This document shows positions 53,270 to 64,000 of a DNA stretch of 64,000 bases, one piece after another. This DNA comes from Camelus dromedarius (Eukaryota), in NCBI RefSeq assembly GCF_036321535.1, contig NC_087436.1, forward strand, positions 65,598,001 through 65,662,000, written 5' to 3'. The first letter of the stretch is position 1; every line of letters starts with the position of its first letter. A program made the translations under genes and the position numbers. The notes under the pieces are model-generated. The model made no database searches. It was given only the letters and a program-made list of their open reading frames with translations, and was not told the DNA's origin.

Positions 53270-54645
53270 ATTGGAAACATACCATGTTAATGATTCAGAG
53301 GACAATATTTTTAAGATTGCAATATTCCCTAAATTGATTTACAGATTCAATTGCTATAAAAATGAGCCTGGCTAGCCTTTTTTTTCTTCAGATATTTACA
53401 ACTTGATCCTAAAATTCACATGGAAATGAAAAAAACCTAGATAGCCAAAAACATTTTGAAAGACAAAGTCAGAAGACTTACACTTTCTGAATTCAAAACT
53501 TACTACCAACCTACAACAATCCAGACTTTGTGATACTGGCTTAAGGACAGATATATAAATTAATGGAATAGAAACCAGAGTTCAGAAATAAGCACATGTA
53601 TCTATCATCAGCTCATTTTTCACAAGCATTGTAATAGAAAAGAAAAATCTGACTCCATATTACAACTGTTCCTTTGGCTTTAACCCTATGCTCTTTTTTC
53701 CTAGGCTTAGTTTTGCTAGTTCTGCACCTTTTGTAAAATAATGTTGCGTACAGCCTAAAATATACAGGATAGCCTATTCTCAAGGCTTTAACCTTTAAGG
53801 ATACTAACACTTTCTCCATTCATATAAAGACAACAAGTTGCAGAATAGAAAATTAGGTTTGTTTTGTTAGGTTTACAGGGACACTATGATGTGACCCTTA
53901 TGGACAGCTGCAAGAACAAAAGATTCCAAGAACAAAGAATTCCTACATGTAGAAGTTTGCAACAACCAAGCATACTCCCTCTCTTTTTTAGTATAAAAGG
54001 AGCCTGAATTCTGACTTGGGGAAGATGGTTCTCCAGGACATTAGTCTGCCATATTCTCAGTCTGCCAAATTTCCAAATAAAGTCGTTATTCCTTGCCCCA
54101 ATACCTCATCTCCCGATTTATTGGTCTGTCGTGCAGTGAGCATAAGGAGTATGGACTCAGTAACAGCATGGCAAGATAATTAAATGGGGGGAAAGACTAG
54201 TCTTTTCAATAAATGGTGTTGACAAAACTGGATAGCCACATGCAAAAAAAAAAGTTGGACCCTAGCTTTATACCATTAAATCAAAATGGATCAAAGAATT
54301 AAATGTAAGAGTTAAAAATAAAAAATCTTAAAATAAATCAGTTCAAATAAAGCTGACTTAGGATCTGGCACTGTTTTCTTTGGTATAACTAGAGCACAGC
54401 AAACAAAAGAAAAAATATAATTTTGAATTTAAGCCTTTTTAGAAAAACTTTCAAAGTTCAAAAATTAGAACCATCAAACATTGATGGCAGGAATGTGAAA
54501 TACTCTAAAATTAGATTGTGATCATGGTTGCACAACCAGGTGACTACACTAAAATCACTTAATGGTATGCTTTAAATAGGTGAATTATATGGTATGTTAA
54601 TTATATCTCAAAAATGATGTTAAATATTAATTATAAAAAAGAAAA
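53270..54645 (+). mobile_element. Old L1 ORF2 3' part and L1MB/MC-type 3' terminus, split by a solo LTR
   Basis: CCCTAAATTGATTTACAGATTCAA, GATCCTAAAATTCACATGGAAATG. Continuous across the LTR (CACAAGCAT|GGCAAGATAATTAAATGG). Terminus CTAAAATTAGATTGTGATCATGGTTGCACAAC...TTATATCTCAAAAA. Confidence 0.85.
53630..54165 (+). mobile_element. ERV1 solo LTR, MER41-like
   Basis: TGTAAT...GTAACA termini, perfect 4-bp TSD GCAT (53626-53629, 54166-54169), TATAAAA 53992-53998, AATAAA 54076-54081. Confidence 0.9.
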
Positions 54646-54689
54646 AAGGTAAGCATTTTCCAACAAAGGAAAAAATGTCATGATGGAAA

Positions 54690-56030
54690 TGATTCAGTGT
54701 AATCAACCTGCCTTCTTCATATGATTTGTTGAACTTGCTTTCATATGACTTGCTGTTTCCCCTAGGGAATGATGCCGTATCAGGAACTCATTATAGTTTT
54801 TGCTGTTAGCTATGACCATATCAGCCTTGCTGAATGCAAATTATTGTTCTTGAACTCATGTATAACCTCCTCCCAATTGCTATCAACACATAATGAGTCT
54901 ATTAAACAAAGACAAGAACAGCTGAGGAAGATTACTGGCTCCCACAAAATAGGTTATCTTGATCACCTAATAATTAAGAACTCGTTTTCTATGATTTATT
55001 TTGATGTAGAGCTTTTTTTTTTTTTTTTTTTTTTTGGAAACAAACATCCTCAATTTGCCAAATTGAGGGGTTCCTTCACATAATTCTTCTCCAGACTTCT
55101 CTGTCATCAAATCTCCAATCTGGCTCCTGCCAAGTCCTTGACCATTTGTCAAACTATTAGACACAATTCATGAATTAATGTAGTTTTAAACTTTTGTTCA
55201 GCTCTCTCTCCAGATAAAGTCAGCCACCAGCATGCAGTTTAAAGTTCATCCTACTTAGATGATTCCCTTGCAGTTGTCCACTCTCAGGTGGTATCAGCAT
55301 GCTTATTAGCACTGTCTGTAAAATAAATATGATACTGGTTTCTTCTTAGGTCATGCAATCATAGAAAATGTTCCATGAAGCATTATGGGTTGATGTTCCA
55401 TGAGCATCTGAGACACTTTGTTATACAACTTAGTTATGCCTCCAATACCTGTTACCTTGTGCATTCTTTTGTTTTTGACTTAATGATGGAGTGATGCTAA
55501 TTCACTCAAATTTATGGTTCAGATATTGAGTCCAAGGTGGACAGATTACTCGGTAATTTGGAGTCCACAATAAAGCACTCAGTCTCTACCAGGTTTTCTC
55601 CAAAACAGAACAAATTCCTGCATCAGCTGGCTTATATTTACTTAAAAAACCTTAGAGTATGCATTTCAGTTTACCTATAGGGGCTTTCCTTCAGCATTCC
55701 TATTTGTCACAGGCACTTTGCCTAACATCAGATCTGCTGTATCATTTGCCCCTATGTCAGAGCACCTTCCCAGATAATCTGAATCTGTTGTAAAGTTTTC
55801 TCCCCTGCTGAACTCAAAACACAGGCATATGGGTTACATTGTAAATGGACTTGATAAAACATGCCAAAAAATAGTAAAATCTGCTGCTGAAACCTAGAGA
55901 AGATGTTGGAGAGAGGGAGTTGCGTAAGTTTGAGGTATTTTTTCTCCTAATTCCTTGCAGGTAGGCTTGCCCTATTTTCTGAGTCATGTGTACTTTGATC
56001 AAAAGGCACAGCTTCAGGTGGCCCACTTTA
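54690..56030 (-). mobile_element. ERV-L internal pol fossil (RT connection/RNase H to integrase N-terminus)
   Basis: Manual minus-strand translation gives ordered motifs IGANDTADLM, APIG, LVETE, HHSIIK, TKLYNKVSQMLM, GGYTxVQ, SKADM, YGIIP, RQVDYT. These parallel ERV-L Pol LGPYDPADPM, APIG, LVETE, QHSIIK, SKLHEEVAQMPM, GGYAWAQ, TKADL, YGTIP, WQVDYI. Confidence 0.85.
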
Positions 56031-56090
56031 CCTACAAATTCTTAACACACTCTCATCTTTCTACTATATACACATCCGTAAATGTCCAGT

Positions 56091-56217
56091 GGGAGGGTGT
56101 AGTTCAGTGGTAGAACACATGCCTAGCATGCACGAGGTCCTAGGTTCAATCCCTAGTACCTCCATTAAATAAATAAATAAACCTAATTACTCCCCAAAAA
56201 GAAACAAAGGTTAAAGT
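56091..56217 (+). mobile_element. tRNA-derived camelid SINE (Vic-1-like), full length
   Basis: Pol III A box TAGTTCAGTGG (56100-56110), B box GGTTCAATCC (56143-56152), (TAAA)n tail. TSD CGTAAATGTCCAGT / CATAAATGCCCAGT (56077-56090, 56218-56231). Confidence 0.93.
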
Positions 56218-58323
56218 CATAAATGCCCAGTCAGACAAGCCCTCTTTCATCCTTCATATTACCTCTTCAAAACTGTGAGCGGCAACAGCCTCCTGCTACT
56301 ATTCTCTTCAGGACTCTTCACTCACCCCTGTGCTTTTCCTAAATATTCCCCTCACGTTGTAAACATCATGGAAAACAACCATATTCCGTGTGTCTTCTCC
56401 TTCATAACAGAACCCTGAGGGATGCAACTAAATATTATCACTGAGTTTCAACAGTCTACAACATTACTAATAAAAATGCTACTTTTAATCTTGTTTAATT
56501 TGCACTTAACTTGACTACTAGCCTTGCTGGTTTTCACTTTATTGATGCTATAATCTTACTTTCTGGATTATTCTCTTGCTTTGATCTTTTTGTCTCAGAG
56601 AGAATTAAAGTGATTGCTTTAAGATATATGGGTAAGAGTAATTCAGATTATGTATATTAGTACTTTTTTGTCATTTATGTTTCAAATAATTTTCCCCCTC
56701 AAGTTTGCCTTTTCAGTTCAGATATGTTACCTCTAATAAAAATATTGATTTTTACTTTCCCACTATTTGTTCAAGATTTGCTAATGTTTACTTGAGAATT
56801 AGGTTTCTATTTTGTATGTACATTTCACTTATCACCACTGATAATTTTGACTACTTTTGTCATTTTCTATAAACTGTCAGAAATATTTCATATTTGTCCT
56901 TTGACATACAGACTGCATTTCTTCTAGTCTCAAGTTTCCTTTCTGTTGGTTTTTAACATTGAATTCAGTTCTGCTACTAAAATTTTAGAGTCTGCCAGCT
57001 TTTCTTATTATTGTTTGTTCTCATTTCTTCTCAAGATTTTCTTTCATCTTTTCAATGTTTTATATTATAATAAATTCTTATTATAGAGATACCATGGACT
57101 ATAATTTTTTTAAGTAAAGTAGTAAAAAGTAAATAAAAAGTAAAGAATAAAAAGCAGAGAACTTTCTACTGCTTTTTTGCTTTCTCTAGTAAAAAAAATT
57201 AAGAGAAATATTTTCTTTAAAAGTCCTAAAATTAGCAGTCCCTTCCTATTTTTAAAATGTTTTGTTGACACAAAAATGGTCCCTGGCTTTTTTCTTTTTT
57301 CACTTGCTTATCTATGAAAAAAGATAAATTTACCTAGCATCATGGATAGCCTTTAGTCCCCTTCTGACCATGCAATTTCTCTGAGGGAATTCTCCTTTCC
57401 AAAACTGGATCCCATATTTTTGTGTGCAGTCCATAACAGGAATCCAAGAGGGGTTAATTCATCATGGTTACAAACTTGAATGATGTGGGACCGTCAGCTA
57501 ATCCATTAACTTGTTCTCAGATTTTGAGAAGCACTTGTAATTACTCTTCACAGACCAGATATATGGCAGCAGAACCCAGGGTATATAGCTTTCAGGGATT
57601 TTTTACTATTGTTTCTTGTTATAATGCACAATCATATTTCCTTTTAGCCACTGACATAGTAGAAATTAGCATTTGAATTTTCTAAATAAATGCTCCAAAA
57701 GCAGAGCTTAGGTTACCAGAAATTATTCTGGTAACTCAGAAATCTATTCTTATAAACTAAGTGGACTGGATTCAAGTAAATGTAGACTTCAGATTTCTAA
57801 AGCTAGGGTTATAGAATGAGATGCGGAGTGTCTTCTTTTTGTTTATGATTTTTTTTTTAATAATAGATGCAAATATGTGTCTTTCTGTTTTATTGCTTTG
57901 CCTACTCTAGTAACATTGTATTATGTGGCAATTATTCCCATACTGTAGCATAATTCAGGCTCTTTTTTTCTATTGCAATGGAAAATCTTTTATTTGTTTT
58001 TGTTTTGTCAAGTTTTCAAGGATGTTTTAACGGCAAGAGTTATTAGATTGCAAAATCTTTAGTCCCGAAGTCTTAGTTTTTGAAAGCTAACATTTGTGCT
58101 TGTGACAGCTGTCGAGAATTTCAGCGTAAGTCCATCTGTCTGTTGCCACAAAAGTTGTCGCACAGGACATCAGTTTAAAAAGCAGACAAATAAAAGTAAC
58201 TTTATTCAAGAGTATTACAAACACTAGGAGCCATATGCTCCCTAGAATAAATAGCACAAACTCTCCCAAGAGCATTTCCATTTTTACAAAGTGAGCCTAA
58301 TGTTACTGAGTGAATGCTATTGT

Positions 58324-58422
58324 CGTTTTTTGTATGTTTGTTTGTTTTAATGGAGGTACTGGGGATTGAACTCAGGACCTTGTGCATGCTCTACCACTCA
58401 GTTACTGAGTTGCAGCCCTCCC
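58324..58422 (-). mobile_element. tRNA-derived camelid SINE (Vic-1-like) with internal rearrangement
   Basis: TTAATGGAGGTACTGGGGATTGAACTCAGGACCTTGTGCATGCTCTACCAC...CCCTCCC. TSD-like AATGCTATTGT / AATGCTAATTGT. Confidence 0.88.
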
Positions 58423-59048
58423 TTCAAATGCTAATTGTTACTCCTACAATTAGGAAGTTAGGTATTTGTGGGATGCGGCTTCCTACAACGTCTATTTTCT
58501 CTGCTTAAATATAAGATTGCCACTGAATTTTATCATCTCTTAGGAAAGCAAATCTTTTGACCATGATAATGAAAAGTTTACTGTACTTTTTAATAGTGTA
58601 GCAAGATGAACTGTCCAGAGAGTGGAGCACTTCAGACTGATGTAAGTCTTGGCTATTCTTTTCTTTTGGTATGCAACTGAGAAAAATAACTTTATCATTG
58701 CATTTTATCATTTTCAAAATGAGAATTTCCATGTGTGAATGTGTTTTCCAAACTAAAATAAATCATAGACAACATTGAAAAATATTTTATATGTCAAAAT
58801 GTAGTCTTTAAACGTATAGCAATTCAGTGGTAGAAAAAAATGTTTGTGCCAGTATTAAGTACAGCAGTCATAAAATTAAAATTGACAATTATATTAATTG
58901 CTAATTATGTTACCTATTTTCTCAAAATATAATCTTATAGATCTGCATTCTTACTCTAAACATTGTAGGCCAAGATCTCTATCATTAAATGTGGTTCCTA
59001 ACATAATTACAAGCCTTTAAATAAAATTACATGATTTGGAAATTTTCT

Positions 59049-59197
59049 TTTTCTTTTTGGTTTTAAAATGCTTTGTTACATACTCAGTTATGTACTTTTT
59101 TAATTAAAGTATAGTCAATTTACAATGTTGCATTAATTTCTGGGGTACAGCATAGTGATTCATTTATACATACATATTCCTATTTTTATTATTTTTC
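59049..59197 (-). mobile_element. Short 5'-truncated L1 3' end with extra downstream sequence, 17-bp TSD
   Basis: L1 terminus TTTTTTAATTAAAGTATAGTCAATTTACAATGTTG...GTACAGCATAGTGATTCA. TSD TGATTTGGAAATTTTCT (59032-59048) / TGATTTGGAGATTTTCT (59198-59214). Confidence 0.85.
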
Positions 59198-59848
59198 TGA
59201 TTTGGAGATTTTCTGAATATTATATTTTCCCACTTCTAAAACATAAAAGGAAGTTGTAAAGAGTAGAGTCCCTCTGACAAATAATTTGAAAAATAACAGA
59301 TATTAGATAAGAATATTTTCTATAAACTTAGATTGCTATGCCTTTACTAAGTAAATATTTGAAAATGTGTCATAAATTTTTAAACTATAATTCATGTTCG
59401 AAGTACTAGTTACCCAAAAAGTGAAACTTTTCAATGAGAAAAGATAACAGATACAGACAAGAAAAAAAGAAGTCTCTTAGAAAGGTAAGACAAAACAGAA
59501 AATACTTTCTGTAAGTACAGGTATTAGAAGGTGTGCTAGTGAGCATTTCTTTACCTAGTACCTGAGAAATCATTTAGGTTCTAAAACAAAATGAAATACT
59601 GAAAGGCAGATAACTCATTATGTTGCTGTCACAAATGCAAATTATAATTACTGTTAATAAGTCATGTGGCACTAAAGAAAGTGGAATAAAACACATTCAA
59701 GATTATTTTGATTCCTAGAAAACTATTACACATGTAAGATAAATTCAGTTTGACTTTTGTTCTAGCCAAATTATTTTACAATTTGTATAACAAAAATATC
59801 CATTAATATTTTTATATACAGAATATATATTACCTCAATTATTTAGCA

Positions 59849-60063
59849 AAGGGATAAGCACACTACAGCTCATAGACTAGATCCAGCGCTCCACTGATTT
59901 TGTAGTTTTATTGGAACACAGGAACATCTACTCATTTAAGTACTTTTTACGGCTGCTTTCCTGTTCCAATGGCAGAGTAGAGTATATGTCAGAAACTGCA
60001 TGTCTTATAAAGTCTAAAATATTTACTACATGGCCTTTTAAAACAAAAGTTTGCCAAAATCTG
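59849..60063 (+). mobile_element. MER58A-like hAT-Charlie MITE
   Basis: GTTTTATTGGAACACAG, GGCTGCTTTC, GGCAGAGTAGAGTA, CTAAAATATTTACTA, AAAAGTTTGCC match MER58A. 8-bp flanks ATTTAGCA / ATTTGGGA. Confidence 0.85.
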
Positions 60064-60269
60064 ATTTGGGATATTTTCTAGAACATAGTAGAAATGCAAA
60101 ATCATTTACTGTTGCTAAAAGTATTTAATGAAGTAAATTATCGGTATGTAAAGGTTGAGAATCAGATGCAATAAAAAAAGCCTTCATAAAACAATGTAGT
60201 ATGGAAACCCATTTTTCAGAAAGGCAATATTATACTATATATAAACAGCAGTAGAAGTACTTAAAAATA

Positions 60270-60675
60270 TTGTCCCAATGGTTATTCTTTTGAAAATCTA
60301 CTGTGAAAAAATTTGAAATGTGAAAAAGGCACTAAGGTGTTCATAACAGTATTTTTTATATTTATAAAAATGTCTTAAATAAAATTTATATTATACTTTA
60401 TTCCCTAAATGGAATAGTATATAGCCATTATGAATTATACTCATTAATAATACATAATAATATTTAAATGTATTATTAATCTAAACAACTATAATACTCA
60501 ATTTTACATATACTATGATTTTTATACAATCAATACTTTTATGTAATTAAATGATTATAACTATAAAAACAAATACAATAGAATGATTATGGTATTTCTG
60601 AGGCTAGTGATTTTATGGACTTTTTTTCCCTCTATTTTCCAAAAGTTCTGTTATATACTTAAGATTATTCTTAAA
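60270..60675 (+). mobile_element. Old L1ME 3' UTR fragment
   Basis: GGTGTTCATAACAGTATTTTTTATA, ATGGAATAGTATATAGCCATTA, CTCTATTTTCCAAAAGTTCTG. Confidence 0.55.
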
Positions 60676-63399
60676 ATGACCGAGACATATCATCATCCCC
60701 TCAGTTTTAATATTTTTATATGTATTTTATATTTTTAAATATATTGACATTTTAGCTATATCACATTTAATATCACAGAATCTTGGTGTTAGAAATAAAT
60801 TTAGATTAACTGATCTAATCTTCCAATCCAATATGATACTTTTTCTAGAAAGTTATTTATTTGTAAAGGAGTTTTTCATCCTCCCATTCATCATTTCAGT
60901 GGCAAGAGTTTCAGTGGCCAATATCTTAACCTAGAAAATAAACCTCTCTTCAATTATCTACTTAAATCTTAAGCTGCTTATTTTCCAAAGTGATGACATT
61001 TTACATTATGAAATGAAATAGTTTATATATCCTCAAGTTTTTTGGTTTACTATCTATGACATCAATGTATTTCAAAACAAGCTCCATTCTTTTCTTTGAT
61101 GTTTATAAGTTGGTAATACTTGATGAGAGTCCACAGGCTATAGTCACGTCCCCAAAAAATGCAGGTGATAGATGGCACAGAGGTCACTACTATCAATCTT
61201 TTCTTCAAACTTATTACTGTCCATAAATCCTATTCATTGTTTTTGTATGCTTGGGATATGGTTTTTGCCTTCAGAAAGGCTGCATTCATGTCCCATATGT
61301 ATCCATATTTGTTGCGTGGTTCTGTAAATCAGAATATAATTTCTTTTTTTGGTTCTTTTTCTTCTTGTGATACATGAGGTCATCTTAAAACACTTAATAT
61401 GTGAGAGGAACTTTTGGATCCTTACGAATTACAGAAATAGGTGTGTGGCTGCAAATATCAAATATATTTACTTGTTTCAGATATCTACCCTTAAGTTCTC
61501 AAAGGTGTTTCTTTAAATCAGAGATTTTTGTAAGGGGAAGAGTATGAATTGAGAAGCTCAAGACCTAGTATAAAATAAAACTTACTTCAAATTACCATCA
61601 GTTTGCACTACAGACACAGAACATAAGATTAAAAACAATTTAAGTATTATCACTGATCTGTTATTTATTTCCATTGCTTAGTTGCTAAGATATTGAAAAA
61701 AAAAAAAACAACAGAAAAAAAAACCTTGTGGGCCTCTGAATTTTCTTGTCTTGTTACTGTCCTTTTTTAAAAAAAAACCATTAGTATATGCTTTCAGCTT
61801 TTGCAATGATATAGCCTGTTGTCTTTTTGATATCAGACCTCTTAAGAAATTGTGAAGTGTTCTTATTCTTCTGTTTAAAAGCACTCAGTGTTGAGCCTTT
61901 AAGTGTGCTTATTTTGCCTTAATTTGAAAAACTCAACTGCAACTCTATCTTTGTAGTGATTGCAATGCTAGTCATTGGTGTAACTGCAGACATCCAAATA
62001 AAACAGAACCAATGAAGATGTAAGATTATTTTGCATATGTACCAACTCTTTGTTTTGCTTTTGATTGAGAAAATATTTTTATTGACTTGTGGAGAGGGTG
62101 AGGACAATTACCTGCACTAAAATAGTCCTACACAATTTAAGCTGAATGAACTTTAAAAAAGAATCTTAATTTACTAGTTGGTTATATTTTAACAAAGCAG
62201 AGTTACATATATTGACTATGTACATATTTATTATATGTGATGCATTTTATTTTATCAACACTGACACCAAAGACATATCAATTTTCCCAAAGACACTAAA
62301 TAAGCGGTATATATCATCTATAACATGTTCCTCCTTACCTAGATATTTAAACTGAATCTGGTTATACAATATAGTTTTTCCAGATCTCAGTGCTAAAATT
62401 ATTTATACATTGTAGAAATAAAACATCATCCTAGCCTTTGAAAAATAAATATGAATGAACTAAGCTGCAAGGCAAAATTTTGTAATTATTTTTTAAGACT
62501 TGGTTTTATAAAATCTGACTACTCTATATTTTATTAATGTGTAGAATATATGCCAAATAATTTTGTAAATTAAGGAAAACACAGAACTATATATTTATGT
62601 GGTTCTATTTTTGCAGATATGTGCAGACAAGATTATGCTGAGTAAATCTAAACTCATTCAGCTACAGTTAAAATCTGTTCAGTTAGGGCAGTGTAAGTCA
62701 ATGAATTTGCAAAATGAATTAGAAACAGACACAATCATTTTAGTATTAGAGATGTGCTGAACAAACAAACAGCCAAAGAAGCAAAATAGCAAAAGGTTAG
62801 TGTTCCTAATTGGATTAGTTTAGAGGGAGGCCTACAGATAGTCTAACTCATTGACATTGGATTTAATTTGATAAATACTATATCCTCCTATTGCCAACCT
62901 AGCATTGTAGTCAAACTTACAAACACTATAGAAAACATTACAGAAAAGTATAAAATTCTACAATGGAGATTTTCTTTTCTATATACCTCATTCCTAAGCA
63001 TTTAACGTACTGAACGTTTTGTTTGTGTGTGGGTATATGAGGTTGGAGGCAGTGAATTTTTTTTTAAATCAGACATAGATTCCTTAAGTTGCTAATATGT
63101 GGCTACTTTCTACCCTAAAAATATTTTTTTGGATGAAAGTTCTATAAATTTTATTGAAAATAGACACTTATTCTTTCCAAAATCTCTTTAAAATTATCTT
63201 CATTGTGCACGCTTATACATATCAGTAATAACAGTAACCTCTTAGATGGGAATAATATATAAATCTATTCAACTTCTTTCCTTCATCACAGAAAACTGAT
63301 TATTTTATTTTCATTATTTCTTTCCGTTTAATCTTTTTTTATATACTATATGTAAATTTATGTCTTTAAAAGGCTATATATTTAATTCCTAGAATGTAA

Positions 63400-63660
63400 C
63401 ATAATGATAGATAATATTTATTGAATGCTAACTATATATTCAGGCTCTTGGTTTCATAAATATTCTATAAGTTCATTTAATAATGAATAACTCATAAATA
63501 TTCCATGTAGGAGCCAATAACAGCATAAGGATTACTCAGATGATGAAACTAAGAATTTAAATAAAATAGTTACTTTACTATGATTACATAGTTTGTAACT
63601 CATGGTGCTCAATTTCAAACCCAGACAAATAAACTAGTGAATATACTCTCAAACACCATG
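63400..63660 (-). mobile_element. MIR SINE
   Basis: ATAATATTTATTGAATGCTAACTATA...CAGATGATGAAACTAAGA...ATTTCAAACCCAGAC. Confidence 0.7.
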
Positions 63661-63968
63661 AAATTTTCTCTCCCACAGAAGTTTTGATGGCAGTTGAAGA
63701 CTAGGAAGTACATGAAAACGGCATTTCACTGCTCTAGCACCTTGACAAAAGGAAAACAATGACACGGTGTAATGATATAGTAATGTCTCAAATTCTTTAG
63801 AGAGACCTTTTCTCAATTCCTTCCTTCAACTTTTAACTATAAAAGTTATGTATGTTTTTCCTTGAATTGTAGGAATAAAAGCATATTTCACAGCATAAGT
63901 GACAAGAAGATTCATCAGATAATTAAACACAAATATTTTATGCTATTGGAAACCACATAATGATTGAA

Positions 63969-63998
63969 ATTATTATTATTATTATTATTATATTATTA
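63969..63998. repeat. (ATT)n microsatellite
   Basis: Direct reading, one interruption. Confidence 0.85.
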
Positions 63999-64000
63999 GC

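Noticed and set aside
56091..56165. tRNA gene
   Set aside because: A and B boxes are present, but it has an A-rich tail, a TSD and diverged sister copies in the window. It is a tRNA-derived SINE.
57149..57180. Hairpin followed by a T-run resembling an intrinsic terminator
   Set aside because: The DNA is mammalian and the arms are mostly A/T tracts. It is a chance structure.
62600..62700. Possible exon (TTTTTTGCAG acceptor, later GTAAGT donor)
   Set aside because: Splice-like motifs occur by chance at this density. There is no recognisable peptide or partner exon, and it cannot be supported without transcript data.

Overview
AT-rich, CpG-poor placental mammal DNA. It is most likely camelid (alpaca, llama or camel), judged from four copies of a tRNA-derived SINE with the Vic-1-type ...GTACCTCC-ATTAAA(TAAA)n-CCTAATTAC tail and the absence of recognisable Alu, BovB/Bov-tA or PRE-1. 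I found no credible host exon, RNA gene or intact ORF, so the window reads as intergenic or deep intronic. Every recognisable peptide in the ORF track is a decayed LINE-1 ORF2 piece. The window is a layered transposon record. It contains a near full-length dead L1 with an internal deletion (15092-20396), other L1 pieces of several ages, two MER41-like ERV1 solo LTRs, and an ERV-L pol fossil that the ORF track misses. It also contains MaLR/LTR16 fragments, hAT MITEs with 8-bp TSDs, MIR/L2 relics and microsatellites. I found no new gene system. The best observations are unusual insertion junctions: (1) a head-to-head SINE pair apparently inside one TSD, with L1 endonuclease consensus on both strands (34543-34806); (2) a tiny L1 with a probable 3' transduction inside a 17-bp TSD (59032-59214); (3) an approximately 20-nt L1 whose tail became (AAAG)28 (45104-45268); (4) tail-less internal L1 patches; (5) a GC/CpG-rich 350-bp segment that looks foreign to its surroundings (50728-51085). 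Repeat subfamily names are from memory of consensus sequences, not from a database search, and boundaries of old elements are approximate.
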